A program made the translations under genes and the position numbers. 64,000 nt of DNA from Felis catus (lineage: Eukaryota), in NCBI RefSeq assembly GCF_018350175.1, contig NC_058368.1, forward strand, positions 97,652,001 through 97,716,000. Reading direction: 5' to 3'. This document shows positions 11,200 through 24,446 of this stretch, piece by piece (position 1 is the first letter of the stretch; each line of letters begins with the position of its first letter). The notes beneath the pieces were generated by a model. The model saw nothing but the letters and a program-made list of their open reading frames with translations, made no database searches and was not told where the DNA came from.

Positions 11200-11670
11200 T
11201 TAACTGCTCTTTTGATAGTGCTTTCTCCCCAGAGTACTGTCTCAACTTATTCCTTTTAGTGAGACTTCATAGAGGAATAGTCCCCAATTCTTCCTCTACT
11301 TCTTAACAGCAATTTATTCCTGAACCCCTTACAATTTGGCTTCTGTCTCTACTCACGTTACATCACCAGGAACCATTCTTCCTTCTTTTCTTGCTCACTT
11401 CCCAGTCCTTGACTGATTCCTTGACCCCCAAGTTTTACCTCAGGCATCACTTCTTTCAGGAAGCCTTCCTTGATTGACTTCCTCCTCCAGGACTGATTAA
11501 TGTACTTGTCCTACGAGCTTTTCGTAGCACCCCATACTTTCCTGCTTTTGCATTTATACTATATTTTAATTAGTGCCTTCCCCCTCCCCTTACTGTAGGC
11601 TCTGTGAGGATAGGCACCATGGTTGTTTTATTTACACCATTTGCCTTGTAAATGTTCGGTGAATGTTTGC
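11200..11670 (+). mobile_element. L2 fragment
   Basis: ctcaggcatcacttctttcaggaagccttccttga...ctgtaggctctgtgagg. Confidence 0.55.
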
Positions 11671-13009
11671 AGATGGAAGAACTGTATAAATGAAGACAGT
11701 GTCTGAACACTGCCATCTGTGGCTTCCTCCAAAGCAGGCAGTGAACCCCAGTTTCCTCCATCAACCTTTGGTTCTCTCCTGGTCCCTTGGACCTCCACGT
11801 AGTAGATGCAGAGGGATTGTTAGAGGCTGCCCATAAAAGTGACATCTGACTCTGAGGAAGAAGACAGGTGTCAGGAAATCCTGACCATTTATATGCAGCT
11901 GCTTCATGACCAGGCAGTAACTCTGTATTGCTCATATTGAACACATGATGGCTACCTGTTGATGACACCAAGGGAGCAGATGAGTTTTGAGGGTTCTGAC
12001 CCCTAACAGAAGAGGACACGTTGCTTAGGGATCCAGGCAAATGGGCGGTAATGATTTTATCATGACCATGGGGCGGGGTGGTGGGGGGAATCTTGAATAT
12101 CTGTTCAGAGAGAAACATAAACTAATGGTTCGGGGAGCTGATAAGTATGATACTACTGATAAGTAGGCAGTACTGTACTTTCAGGACCATTTAAGGAATT
12201 TTCCAGATAATTTTAACTCTATGCAATTGTGCCTTACTGATTTTAGGACCCAACTTCCCTCCTCTTACCTCTGAAAACATGACTCTGCTATGTTGACAGC
12301 ATTACGTCTGCTCTGTAGATGTCTATGTTGCGAAGGGCTTTCTAGAGCCTTTAGGAACGATGTGAAATCTTGATCACATGCATCTTCTTGTGTGCCTTGA
12401 AACTGGATGGGAACCGTTGCTGTGGGTGGAAGGACGATGAAAAAGGACTTTATTAGGCAGGATTTAGTGAGCAAAAAAGTAGGTTCATATCTCTATTACA
12501 GAATTGTGTGATCAGTCTGCTTTGTAAAAAAAAAAAAACACCCACAATAATAATATAATAGTACTTTTCTATAGCCTTTTAGTGCAGAGGAGATATTCTA
12601 TGCAGTCTGTTTTAGAAATATCTTCATCAAAATCTCTGGATTTTTCGAAGCAGAAGCACTTCCCGGAAGAGCCCTGGTCACGTGGGAAACTGACTTGACA
12701 GAAGCATATCCCCACATTGGTTGCCCTGCTTAGACTTCAAGTTCAGAGTTGTGAATGGAACTCCTCCCCTTCCCCCTTGCCACGCCTCTTCCTCTTTGGA
12801 CTCCCCCTCTTCTATTGTCCGGCTCCCTCTTCCGCCAAGTGAGCCAGGCTCAGAGCCTCCCAGTCAGCTTTGCCGTCTGTCCTCTCTTTCTGCTCTGGCC
12901 CCCTCTTCTGTTGCAGCATATGGTATGCTTGTGTTAAGATAAAATTGTATGTGCTCTGCTCAGTCAGAGACACTATAGCATAGAAAAAAGTAGCATAGAA
13001 TGAGGGCAG

Positions 13010-13295
13010 AGGACCCACATTCTAGTCTCAGTTCATGCTCAGTCCTAGCTAAGCGACCTTGGTCCAGCCACTTCATTTCTCTGAGCATCTGTATCCTTGT
13101 CAGAAGCAGATAGAACCAGTAATACCCAAGATTCCTTCCTTATAGGATTGTTCTGAGGGTCAGTGGCCATGTATGCAAAAACATTTCAAGAACTAGAAAA
13201 CACCATGTTGCTGAGGTGTGGTAAGACTGAGATATGTTCTGCAATGTGCCTAAGTACATAGTACTTAGCCTGTAGCAGGTGCCTGACAAATTATA
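13010..13295 (+). mobile_element. MIR (plus possible L2 tail) fragment
   Basis: gcgaccttgg...cacttcatttctctgagc...ataggattgttctgagg. Confidence 0.6.
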
Positions 13296-13315
13296 CTTGG
13301 TAACTGAGAAACAAA

Positions 13316-13524
13316 TTTTTTTTCAGTTTATATATTTATTGAGAAAGAGAGAAAGAGAGCACAAGCAGGGGAGGGGAGAGAAATGGAGAGACAGAATCCA
13401 GAGCAGGTTCAAAGCCATCAGCACAGAGCCTGATGCAGGGTTCCAACTCATGAACTGTGAGATCATGACCTGAGCCAAGGTCAAGAGTCCGACGCATAAC
13501 CAACTGTGCCACCCAGGTGCCCCC
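13316..13524 (-). mobile_element. Can-SINE
   Basis: Tail, AG tract, head. Confidence 0.9.
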
Positions 13525-14693
13525 AAACTCGATAATATTAAGACAGCAGAATTTAAACATGTATATCATTTGGTTCTAAACTGGGCTGCTTTGTTCAGAA
13601 TTGGGGTGATGGCCAAGTGGAATATTGTTTCCTTCCTCTGGTCCAGATAACAGGATATTCGGGACACCCAAGGTTCTGCCTTTTCATTTCACAGGTCAGT
13701 CTCATCCCTTAAGAAAACAGATGGCAAAATTAAGTACATATTGTGCAACAGTGGATCCCAGACTGGCTTTAGAACAGCATATTATAAACGCAAACAGCCT
13801 CTGAGGGGAAGCGTGCTTCGTTCCTGAGAGACCGGCTTAATAGAACGTTTATTGCCCAAGAGAAGTTCATGCGTTGAGTAGAGAGGTGCCTGGGATTCCC
13901 ATCTGGGATTTATTAGTATATACATTCAGGGGGCCCAGTGCCGGATGTTAGTTCTTAACCTAAAGGAAACAAAACTCCCATTCTGAGGCTGGCCAGGTTG
14001 CCTCTCTTTGAAAGTGGGCAGCTGCTGCTGGTACCTCTCTGGCCCTGGAAATCCCACCAACTGAAATGGAATTGTGTCCAATCCATCTTATTAATGGTTC
14101 CTAGGACAAACACATTGGGCTTGATAAGTGACTGGTGAGGAAGGCTGCCTCTGCGAAGACCAGCACGACCCATTATTTGCAGCCTAAACTCCAGTGGCTT
14201 CTACTGGGGGTGTTTGCCTCTGCTCCTCACGCTGTTTATGGGGATGTTAAAAGGAAGTGCGTCCATTCTCTGCATGTTGTAAAACAGAAGGTTTGCAGCT
14301 GTCAGAGTTATTTTCCCCTTGGCTCTTTATCTGATGGCCTTTTTTGTAAACCTGATAGATTTATGGATCGTTTCAAATTCCCGGCACCGGCTCTTCGGAT
14401 GTAATGCAAATTTTCTTTTCTTGTTTCTTTCTTTGAAGATAACAGATATTTATGTACACATTTCCTCGTGATGTACCTCTGAGGCAAAGGGAAATTAAAA
14501 TTGTCCTTACATGTTGTCATAATTCAATATTATGAAATGATTAAATGATTATTAGTGATATTGTGCCTTCCAAGCGTCTGTGTTCTGCTCTCTGGAAAGG
14601 AGGGGGAAAAAAACCCTCGAGGTATAATCTTGTGTTTTAAATAGCTTACAAATCTGGCTGAGAAGACAACTAACATCAAGATTATCAACTTTA

Positions 14694-14907
14694 GGGGCGC
14701 CTGGGTGGCTCAGTCAGTTAAGCATCCGGTTTCGGCTCAGTCATGATCTCGAGGTTCATGAGTTCAAACCTTGAGTCAGGCTCTCTACTGTCAGTGCAGA
14801 GCCAGCTTCGAATCTTCTGTCCCCTCTCTTTCTCTCTGCCCCTCCCCCTGCTTACTCGCACTTTCTCTCCCTCAAAAACAAACAAACAAACAAACATTGA
14901 AAAAAAA
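14694..14907 (+). mobile_element. Can-SINE
   Basis: Head, CT tract, tail, TSD aagattatc(a/c)acttta. Confidence 0.9.
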
Positions 14908-15675
14908 GATTATCCACTTTATAATAGAAGTTCACTGTGGAAGCATAAGTTCACGGTAAACTTCAGTAGGCTTTATGGAGGAACTGAGACCAGAACAGGG
15001 TTTGGGGACGGGTTTAAAAAAAAAAAAAGGGATGTAACATAGCAGAGAGCAGCTGCTCCCACAAGGTGGCTTGTGGTTGCACAAAGTGTCATGGTTCGCT
15101 GTAATAGTTGTTTCCAGTAATTTCCAGTTAGTGAAAACAAGTGTCAGAGTTTCTGAATGAGTCCTTCTCAAGTCATTCATATCTGCTTGGGGGGAGGCAG
15201 GGGCGTGCACATTCGTAGTTCGGCCCCAGTGCTGTCATTCAGCCGTACTTCACTGCCTTTGCTTGCTTTGGAAGAGCGAGGTGGGTGTTGAGCTGGCATC
15301 CCGGGTGCCTTCGCCCACAGCCTGCTTATCTCTGTGTCTCCATGTGGGTGTGGGGGGCTGAGGTGGCCAGGTACTTGTGGCAGGTAGAGGTTGTTATATT
15401 TCCAACCTCTGGACATTTGAAGTTTCTATGCCTGGTCTCATTTAAGGGAAATCAGCTTGAAATCTGTTCGATTATACCAGCTGGACATGATAGTTGGACC
15501 CACCACTGTAGGAATGGAGGGAAAAAAGGCCTATCCAGGAAACGTTCTGATGATAGGACTTAGTGAGATTAGAAATAAAGGGAGACAGAGCAGCCTAAGT
15601 CAGAGGCCATCATAGGATTCTAGCCACCATTGCCTAAGTGAGAAATAATTTAATATCATGAAGAAGATCAAGATG

Positions 15676-15677
<2 letters not shown>

Positions 15678-15721
<44 letters not shown>
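15678..15721. repeat. (TG)n microsatellite
   Basis: Read directly. Confidence 0.95.
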
Positions 15722-15722
<1 letters not shown>

Positions 15723-16044
15723 ATGGTGGTGGGGGTTGTTGGTGGGGTCTATCTTTGCCTTCAGATGGACGGATGCTCCTGGACAGGGTGAGCCTAAGGA
15801 GCCATCCAAGCAGACAAGCCCTCATGGCAGCTGCAAACATGTGGGCTGGAGCAAAGTTTCAACATGCTTCACTCTTAGTGCCTCTAGTTTTTTCACATCA
15901 TTTTCTTGGACACAAGGAATACCTAACCATTTCATTTCTTAAATGCTGAAGTCTAATAACTGAATGCATATTTCTGTGCTAATAATTTTGTAGCTATGTG
16001 GAAGGTAGAATATGTATAAGTCGAAAGATAAAAAATAATGTTTT

Positions 16045-16240
16045 GGCAGTGCCTGGGTGGCTCAGTCTATTGAGCCTCCAACTCTTGATTTTGGCTCAGG
16101 CCATGCTCTCATGGTCATGAGATCGAGCCCTGCATCGGGCTCCACACTGAGTTTGGAGCCTGCTTGGGATTCTCTCTGTCTCTCTCTCTCAATCTGCCCC
16201 TCCCCCCCCCACACACTCCCTCTTTGAAAATAAATAAACA
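16045..16240 (+). mobile_element. Can-SINE
   Basis: Head, CT tract, TSD taaaaaataatgtttt. Confidence 0.88.
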
Positions 16241-16431
16241 TTTTTTTAAAAATAATGTTTTTCTTTCATTCTTCATTAGTTACTAATGGAATGTGTGTAC
16301 CTGTTGGGCCTTGCATGGTTCAGACAAGACCCAGTTGGGAGACATGATGATTTGAACAGGAAAGCTTAGCATAAATAAATACAAATTACCAATATAGTAG
16401 GCAGCTCCTCCTTACACATAGGCAGCTCCTA

Positions 16432-16830
16432 TGTGTAATAGGGGAATAGCATTCAGTCTTAAAAAAGGAAGGATATTCTGACACAAGCTATAACATGGGT
16501 GCACCTTTGGGACATTATGTCAAGTAAAATAGGCCAATCACAAAAAAAGACAAATACTCTGTAAGTTCACTTGTATGAAACATCTACAGTAGTGGGATCA
16601 GAGACAGAAAGTAGAATGGTGGTTGCTGGGGACTGAGAGGGGAGGAGAATGGAAAGTCAGTGTTTAATGGGTACAGACTTTGGGTTTTGCAAGATGAAGG
16701 GTTCTGTAGATGGATGATGGGAAGGATTGCACAACGATGTAACTGTACTTTGTACAATTGAACTATACGCTTAAGAATGAGGAAGATGGCAAATTTTACG
16801 TGATGTGTATTTTACCGCAATTAAAAGCAA
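16432..16830 (+). mobile_element. L1M (L1MB-like) 3' end
   Basis: caatcacaaaaaaagacaaatact...agagacagaaagtagaatggtggttgc...tttaatgggtacaga...ttttaccgcaattaaaa. Confidence 0.85.
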
Positions 16831-16864
16831 TAATAAAAACGAAAACAACTTAAATAATATATAT

Positions 16865-17054
16865 ATTTTAAGTTTATTTATTTTGAGAGAGACAGAGGGC
16901 AAGTGGGGGAGGAGCAGAGACAGAGGGAGACAGAGAATCCCAAGCAGGCTCCACGCTGCCCACGCAGAGCCAGATGTGGGGCTTGAACTCAGCGAAACAG
17001 TGAGATCACATCCTGAGCCAAAACCAAGATTCAGATGCTTAACCAACTGAGCCA
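16865..17054 (-). mobile_element. Can-SINE
   Basis: Tail, AG tract, head slightly truncated. Confidence 0.88.
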
Positions 17055-17443
17055 GTATAAGAAATATTAAGTTTGATGAGGATAGGCTATCTACCAACTA
17101 AAGACAATTGTAAAAAATGGAGGAATAGCTAATATAAGGAGCGACCACTTACCATGGGTTCAAGATAGAGCACCACCCTTGAGCTTCCCCATCTTCTATG
17201 TCACACCTTGAGGTTGGCTAGCCATGGCTCCTTGGATGGGAGAGAAGTCCCTGTAGTGTTGTGCTGATAGAACTTGCTGGAAATCCACCCACTAGGAAGG
17301 AAATCTGTTTATGTGGGGAGGCTTTTCACAAGAGCACACTGGAACCAGGAAGGAAAAGTTTTTCTTCCCGTAAATTCTCTGCAGTGCACCCCACCGAGAA
17401 AGCTAAGAATTGTATTAGCTGGCAAAAGAAACAAAGTGTTTAT

Positions 17444-17669
17444 GGGGCGCCTGGGTGACTCGGTTAAGTGTCCGACTTCGGCTCAGGTGTTGATCTCACG
17501 GTTTGTGGGTTTGAGCCCCACATCGGGCTCTGTGCTGACAGCTCAGAGCCTGGAGCCTGCTTCAGACTCTGTGTCTCCTTCTCTCCCTGCCCCTCCCCTG
17601 CTTGCAGTCTGCTTCTCTCTCTCAAAAATAAATAAATGTAAAAAAAGAAAAAAGAAAAAAGAAAAAAAA
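17444..17669 (+). mobile_element. Can-SINE
   Basis: Head, CT tract, tail, TSD aaagtgtt. Confidence 0.9.
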
Positions 17670-17849
17670 GTGTTCAAAGTCCTGTCTTTATTTTCTCAGA
17701 GCAGGTGATGAAGGTTGAATTTGGGGCTGTCAGGCAAAAACTGAGCCCTGGCCACCTCACAGCTTCTCAAATCTTGAAATCAGATTGGATCCCACTACCC
17801 TAATTTCCTGTCTTATGTACTTTTTCGTATAATACTTGCTTTTTATCAC

Positions 17850-18070
17850 AGCAACTGCCAACAACCTAGCTTTTCAGAGAAATGATGTCATTAAAAAAAT
17901 GTAGCACAGTCTAATGTTACACTGCAAACTTGCCTGAAGTAGTTCATACAGTTTCTGAGAGATGTTGAATGACGCTTTGTTTTCCTCAAAAATTTAAAAT
18001 ATCCTGCAACAGCCCCATGAGCTTGCTGTAGTGCCATCAGCAGCATAGCACACAATTTGGGGGCCTCAGG
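17850..18070. mobile_element. Old hAT-Charlie-like fragment
   Basis: ttttcctcaaaaatttaaaatatcctgcaaca...gcacacaatttgggg-type terminus. Confidence 0.35.
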
Positions 18071-18093
18071 GCCAGAACTATGAGTCTGTTTCA

Positions 18094-18283
18094 GGGCACC
18101 TAGGTGGCTCAGTCAGTTAAGCATCCGACTTCGGCTCAAGTCATGATCTCACGGTTCGTAAGTTTGAGACCCATGTCAGGCTCTATGCTGACAGCTCGGA
18201 TTCTGTGTCTCCCTCTCTCTCTGCTCTTTCCTGGCTCACGTTCTGTCTCTCTCTCTCTTTCTCAAAACTAAATATTAAAAAAA
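18094..18283 (+). mobile_element. Can-SINE
   Basis: Head, CT tract, TSD tatgagtctgtttca. Confidence 0.9.
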
Positions 18284-19457
18284 TTTATGAGTCTGTTTCA
18301 ACAATTCTGACCACACCACTGTAACACATGAGAATCTAAGGTGCCCGTTTGGTTAAATACGGGAGAGTCATATGTAAAGTCAAAACTGTCTGGGGTCATA
18401 TTATTTTTGAAAACCTCTTAGGAAATTACCAGATTGGAGAATAGCAGATCACTTTCCAGTAAGTATAAGACTTACTGTCTAAGTGTTTCCTCTACCATTG
18501 GAGTGGGCTGCTGTTTCTGTGGGACTAGATGACATTGTGGCTTGTCTTTGGAGGCACTTGGATACGAAAAAAATACACAGCCTGAAATACAACATTCACC
18601 ATCCGTGCAGGAGAGGCTCACAGTGTGGGGAGGCCATACAGAGACAAGAGGCAGGGGGGACCAACCAATTCCCAGCTCTGTCTCAGGCTTGCTCTGCAGC
18701 AAGCTCATAAAATCATTAAATGAATGGCAGTGGATACAATATTTGGATTGTTATGTTTTTTCTCTTTCTGTTTTGGGCTGGTTGTAGGTAGTTGAAGTCG
18801 AGAAGGTAAAATGGCGTACGATGGGACTTGGCTGAATTCAGTGGTAAAAATTCCGGTGAAGTAGATTGCAGATGAAGAAAGTTACAAGTTTTAGCTCTCT
18901 TCTGTTTCTGCTGGGAAATGTATGGGCTTAATAAGACTTTTTATTCAGTAGGCAGGCACCCTGTTCGTATTAGCAGTTTCTCAGAAAATACATTTGTTTC
19001 GGTGATGTCTCCGACTTGGTGAATCATAATGATTAGACATGTTTCTATATTTCTTCTTTAAGGAGAAGCTGAAAGGCTTTAGTTGTGTAACCTGACCTGT
19101 TCAAATGGAAAAACTGATCCTTTCAGTCTTACTTGCAAAACAGTCTCCTCTTCCCCACTGAAATGCTGTTTGGATAAGTTCTCCTTTGGTTCGTATTTTT
19201 ACCACCTGCTGAGTTGATCTGTTGGGTTTCAGCCTTGGCTACATTCACCTGGCAAGCCTGTCCTGCCCTGTACCTCTGCCTTCCAGGGTTTTCTGTCTCT
19301 AACATAGTGACCAGTGGGCACAAAAGTGATTGAACAGCCACTCTACCCGGGTCAGAAACTCCATGTAAAAATCAAATTATGCCAACTTGGAGAGGATTCA
19401 ACTTTCAAATGGATCTCAGGGCAGGGGTCTGCGGTGCAGATTTCACATAGGAAGCAT

Positions 19458-19470
19458 TCCTTTCGTTTCC
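19458..19470 (-). promoter_or_regulatory. ETS-IRF composite (EICE)/ISRE-like motif
   Basis: Minus strand reads GGAAACGAAAGGA, fitting GGAANNGAAA, in a SINE-free segment. Confidence 0.35.
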
Positions 19471-20519
19471 GTGTGGATTTCACATTTTATTCAGAAACTG
19501 GAATAAAGCTTCTTAACTGCTCAGGCGCCAGCAAGGAGGGCCTGTTGACCCAACCTGTCTTGGCATCGTTTTGTACGGCCTTGGAGTGAGGGCACAGGGG
19601 AGAGAAGACGTGGTCACTGCCACCACGTCCTCCAGAGCTTCCTGCTTCTGAATTCTTCACCATCACCAACAACAGATGTGTGGCAGGCCCTGGAAAGCTG
19701 CGTAACCATCTGACCTTGCCTTCAACTGCAGCCCCCTGGCCGGTACGAGGGGGATCTCCCCTGGGTTGTTAAAAAAGACAATCGAGTTAAAAAATCTGTG
19801 TTCATCTCGTTACAAAATTACATCCTCGCCGGAAGGTGTAAAGTCAGTGCTTCGCGTGGCCGTCAGGTAACAATCCCTGCTCTGGAATTTCAGTTTATGA
19901 TAAGGAGGAGACCCCTAGGGGTCAGAAAGGAAAGGAGGCTGTCTCTTTGAGGAGGGAGTCTGAATAGAGGTCAGCAAGGACAGCCTGGTTGAATGCTTGC
20001 TGCCTGGGATGGGGGTAAGAGATTGCTTCACCAGCCGGGTCGAGGACTAGAGGAGTGAGCTCTGAGGTTCCCTCCTAACCGGAGTTTCTGGGACTGTGGT
20101 TGTGGATCACTTTTTCCTCCTGCTGCTTTTCCGGAGGAAAGGCAGGCATTGGTGGGTCAGATGGGACACGGTGACTTCCAGGCTCAGTCTCAGTCCTGCC
20201 TTGCTTCTTCCTGGTGCATCCCTTCAGGAACCCCCCTCATGTTACCCCAGTGTTGACCCCATTAGTCTGGGCACGGGAAGGAAGTCCAGTCCTTTTATGT
20301 TCATGTTCTGTCGCTGGACCATGCACATCAAGTTGCCATATCTGTCTGGAATGTCTGTGGGGCCGGCACTTAGGACGTCCAAATACATGTTCTGCAACCT
20401 AAAACAACCTGGCCTCATTCGTGAAAGTATTCAGGAAAGGGTTGAAGGGGGATTTTAGAACTTTCAGTGCTTCATCCAATTCTTGCCTCATTTCACTATT
20501 GTTTCTCCTCTGTTAAATA

Positions 20520-20585
20520 AGAGGCATTAACCCCATTTTACAGATGTGGAAACAGAGGCTCAGAGAGGTTAAATGGCTTGTCCCT
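20520..20585 (-). mobile_element. MIR core
   Basis: ccccattttacagatgtggaaacagaggctcagagaggttaaatggcttg. Confidence 0.75.
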
Positions 20586-20782
20586 TCTTCGAAGGAAGTA
20601 AGAGGACAAGGAAGAGGAAAAAACATCCTAATGCACAGGAGGCAGTGCTTCCTAGCTTTAAGGTCATCAATCAGGTGCCATTCTCCTGTATTAAGTCTGG
20701 TATTCTTTTCCCTGCTCCGGCAGCCCCACATGCCGGCAGGTTTAGTTAGGGTCCTGAGCGAACTTTTATTTAAAAACAAAAA

Positions 20783-20991
20783 GGGGCGCCTGGGTGGCTC
20801 AGTCGGTTAGGTGTCTGACTTCTGCTCAGGTCATGATCTCATCTTGGTGAGTTCAAGCCCCATGTCAGACTCTGTGCTGAAAGTTCAGAGCCTGGAGCCT
20901 GCTTCGGATTCTGTGTCTCCCTCTCTCTGCCGTCCCCCACTGTACTCTGTCTCTCTCCATCTCTCAAAAATGAATAAAAACATTAAAAAAA
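20783..20991 (+). mobile_element. Can-SINE
   Basis: Head, CT tract, tail. Confidence 0.9.
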
Positions 20992-21448
20992 TTTTTTTAA
21001 TTGTAGTAGTTTCATGTAACTGAATAAATAGAAGCTATTGAACGTATAGCTTATTTAAAGCACTGGCCATCAGGAATGGAGTAACTTTCATGGGAGGCTG
21101 TGGTCTAAGCATTCAGACGGAGCGATTTGAGCAGTCTGTGCTCGCATCCTGGTCAGTTCGAACTCTGGAAGTCTCCCAGTAGAGCGGCCTTTGAGTTATT
21201 CTGCAAAATAAAGGATTTGAATTTCACATGTGTAGTTTCATAGAATGGGAAAGTCTAGTTAGAGGACACAGGGAGCATAGACTGCATTTACTGAGGTCCG
21301 AAGAACACGACTACTTAGTTTTGTAATCTTGAGCAAGGCATAGAGTTCTTTAATGACATATCTGTAAAATGGGTATGATGACCCAAGGGGGCTAACTGGG
21401 AAGTCTGAATAAAATCTTTTTTTTTTTTTTTTAATAAAATCTATATAA

Positions 21449-21635
21449 GGGCTCCTGGGTGGCTCAGTCAGTTTCATGTCTGACCCTGGGATTTGGCTCA
21501 GGTCATGATCTCATGGTTTGTGAGTTCAAGCCCCTCCTCAGGCTCTGAGCTGGCAGAGCCAGCTTGGGATTGGAGCCTGCTTGGGATTTTCATTCTCTAT
21601 CTCTCTATCTCTCCTTCAAAATGATTGAATAAACC
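21449..21635 (+). mobile_element. Can-SINE
   Basis: Head, short internal duplication, TSD aataaaatctat. Confidence 0.88.
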
Positions 21636-22071
21636 TGCAATAAAATCTATGTAAATGCAAGGCATCATCGTTAAGTATTATGAAAGAAAGACCATGCATC
21701 ATACCTTCTTCAGATAATATTTTCAGGCCTGATTTTGAGTGTATGTGTATTTAGGCATCTGCTAAACACTTTTTTAGCAAGGAAGGAAGATTCCTTAGAA
21801 GAAAAGTAACACAGACAATGAAAGCTGAGGTAACAAGTGTATCCCAGATGTGCTGTTGTCTCCCAGTGTGTCCACCTCAGATGTCATAACTTCTTTCCAT
21901 CCCTTCAGAATTGTCCACTCACACTCAGAGCATTAGTGAGGATGTGGGATTTGCTGAAGGTGTCACAGCAGGAGAATGAGAGGGTTTACCCATCGCACAC
22001 TTCAAACTCCCAGGCAGGGCCCTGGGAGGCAGCTTCCCCCCTCTTCCATGGTCACACTGAATCCCAGCAGT

Positions 22072-22277
22072 TTTCCTTTTTTCTTTTCTTTTTTAAAATA
22101 AAGTTTATTTATTTTGAGGGGGGGAGAGGCAGAGGGACAGAGGGAAAGAGAATGTCAAGCAGGCTCTGAGCGGTCAGTGAAGAGCCCTACACGGGGCTCG
22201 AACCCACGAACCGTGAGATCATGACCTGAGCTGTTATCGAGTCACATGTTTAATTGTCTCAGCCACCCAGGCGCCCC
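22072..22277 (-). mobile_element. Can-SINE
   Basis: Tail, head, TSD cagcagtttt. Confidence 0.9.
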
Positions 22278-22457
22278 TCAGCAGTTTTTCTTGATGTATA
22301 GCAGTGCTTTGCCCCACTCCGAAGTCCCCAACCTCATCCCAGTACCCAGCAATGCATAAGCATCAGGCTCTTTCTCTACCTGAGAAGATACATAAGTGAC
22401 CTCCACTATCAATGGAGAGCCCCCTTCTCCATTTCTGGTAAATAAAAAAAAAATGTG

Positions 22458-22650
22458 TTTTTAAGTTTGTTTATTTTTGAGAGAGAGAGAGCATAAGCAG
22501 GGAGTGGCAGAGAGAGAGGGTGACAGAGGATCCAAAGCGGGCTCCGCGGTAAAGCAGTGAGCCCGATGTGGGGCTTGAACCTATGAACCATGAGATCATG
22601 ACCTGAGCCAAAGTTGGACACTCAACCGACTGAGCCACTCAGGTGCCTCC
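22458..22650 (-). mobile_element. Can-SINE
   Basis: Tail, AG tract, head. Confidence 0.9.
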
Positions 22651-23065
22651 TAAATAAATACTTTCTTAAGGCACGGAGAGCAGGGCCAGGGTGGGAGGAG
22701 GAGAGGGCTGTGGGGAGAGACCCATTTAACCTCAGCCCTTTTTTCGAAGGTAAAATACAGAAATGTCTGGGAAGGATAACAAGGATGCAAAGCCTGTGGC
22801 CTCAACCAGGTGAGCCCAAGAACTCAGATCTTCAACACTTGTGAGGAGAGAGGCTGAAAGGCAGCTGTATGCGTAGAGCATGGCAGTCTTCCAGACACTT
22901 TCAAGAGTGTAGATGCAATCATACAACAGGAGTTGAGGAGAGCCTCAAAGTCAAGTAGCAGAAAGCCACTTTTTATACTAAGTAAACAACTTTTTCTTTT
23001 CTGCCTTAAAATGTCCTGTGTACAGGTTCAGTCTCCTGTCAGCAGTTTAGAAATAAAAAATACTA

Positions 23066-23265
23066 GGGACGCCTGGGTGGCTTAGTTGGCTAAGCGTCCA
23101 ACTTCAGCTTGGGTCATGATCTCGAGGTCCGTGGGTTTGAGCTTTGCTGACAGCTTGGAGCCCGGAGCCTGCTTCAGAATCGGTGTCTCCCTCTCTCTCT
23201 GCCCCTCCCCTGCTTGTGCTCTCTCTTTCTCTCTCAAAAATAAATACACATTAAAAACAAAAAAA
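23066..23265 (+). mobile_element. Can-SINE
   Basis: Head, CT tract, tail. Confidence 0.88.
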
Positions 23266-23587
23266 CCTATTTAATACAATAGATGTCCTTATGATGTGGG
23301 GTTTTTGCGTCCTGAAAGTGTAGGTATATGACTAATTTATACAGATGCTTAGTATTTTTCACTGCAGAGAATGTACAGCATTGTTGACTATGAGCAGATA
23401 CTTCCTGAGTAAGCCTGTCTTCTCTTCTTGATTCTGCTGGTCTTGTCCTTTGTGAGTCTGAAAACTTGCTGACCTTGTTGTTATTAGCATACATCTGGAC
23501 AGCTGTAAGCAAAAGGCCCCAAAGCCCGGGCTTTCTTTCTTTTTTGTAAAACAGCTTTGTTGAAGTATAATTTAAGAGGAGAATTTT

Positions 23588-23714
23588 GGGACTGTCTGGG
23601 TGGCTCAGTCGGTTCAGCGTCCAACTCTTGATTTCGGCCCAGGTCATGATCTCATAGTTCGTGAGTTGGAGCCCCACATGGAGCTATGTGTTGACAAAAC
23701 GGAGCCTGCTTGGG

Positions 23715-23756
<42 letters not shown>

Positions 23757-23814
23757 TCTGTCTGCCCCTCCCCTGCTCATACTCTCTCTCAAAAATAAAT
23801 AGACTTAAAAAAAA
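23588..23814 (+). mobile_element. Can-SINE
   Basis: Head, long (CT)n, tail. Confidence 0.9.
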
Positions 23815-24234
23815 GATTTTTCTGCTGCCCTGTGATAAAATTCAGTTAAGAGAGTGTTAATAAACCTTCCTTAAAATCAAGGTCACTTGAAAGGCTGAGT
23901 TGTTTAGATCTGTGTTCAAGATTGCCAAAATTATACCAGTAAGCTCCACACGGGCAGAGTCCGTTCACATGTGATACATATACGTATTTGATAATGCCCG
24001 GATGAATAGAAAAACACCCAGAATCCTAGTCAGTATGTTAAGTCTCCCATCTTGACACAGAAGGCGGAAGATCCACTACTGGGCAAGAGCAGAAGGTCCA
24101 CACCGTGTGTGTAAGTGCAGTTTGGTTTTAAGTGACAAGGGTTGCCAACTTAATTGCTGTTTTGTATCAGGTGGTCTATAATGATTGTTGGTGTGACCTC
24201 TAAGCATGTTGCAGGACTAAAGCATCCTGGAATA

Positions 24235-24446
24235 TTTATTTTTTAATTTTTTTAAATGTTTATTTATTTTGAGAGAGAGAGAGAGAGCATGAGCAGAGGA
24301 GGGACAGAGAGAGAGGGGACAGAGGATCCTAAGCGGGCTCTGTGCTGACAGCAGCAAGCCCCACGAGGTGCTCCAACTCAGAGACCTGGAGATCATGATC
24401 TGAGCCCATATCTGACACTCAAGCAACTGAGCCACCCAGGTGCCCC
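24235..24446 (-). mobile_element. Can-SINE
   Basis: Tail, AG tract, head, TSD tggaatattt. Confidence 0.9.

Noticed and set aside
11570..12118. 182-aa minus-strand ORF
   Set aside because: No recognisable homology and it overlaps an L2 fragment.
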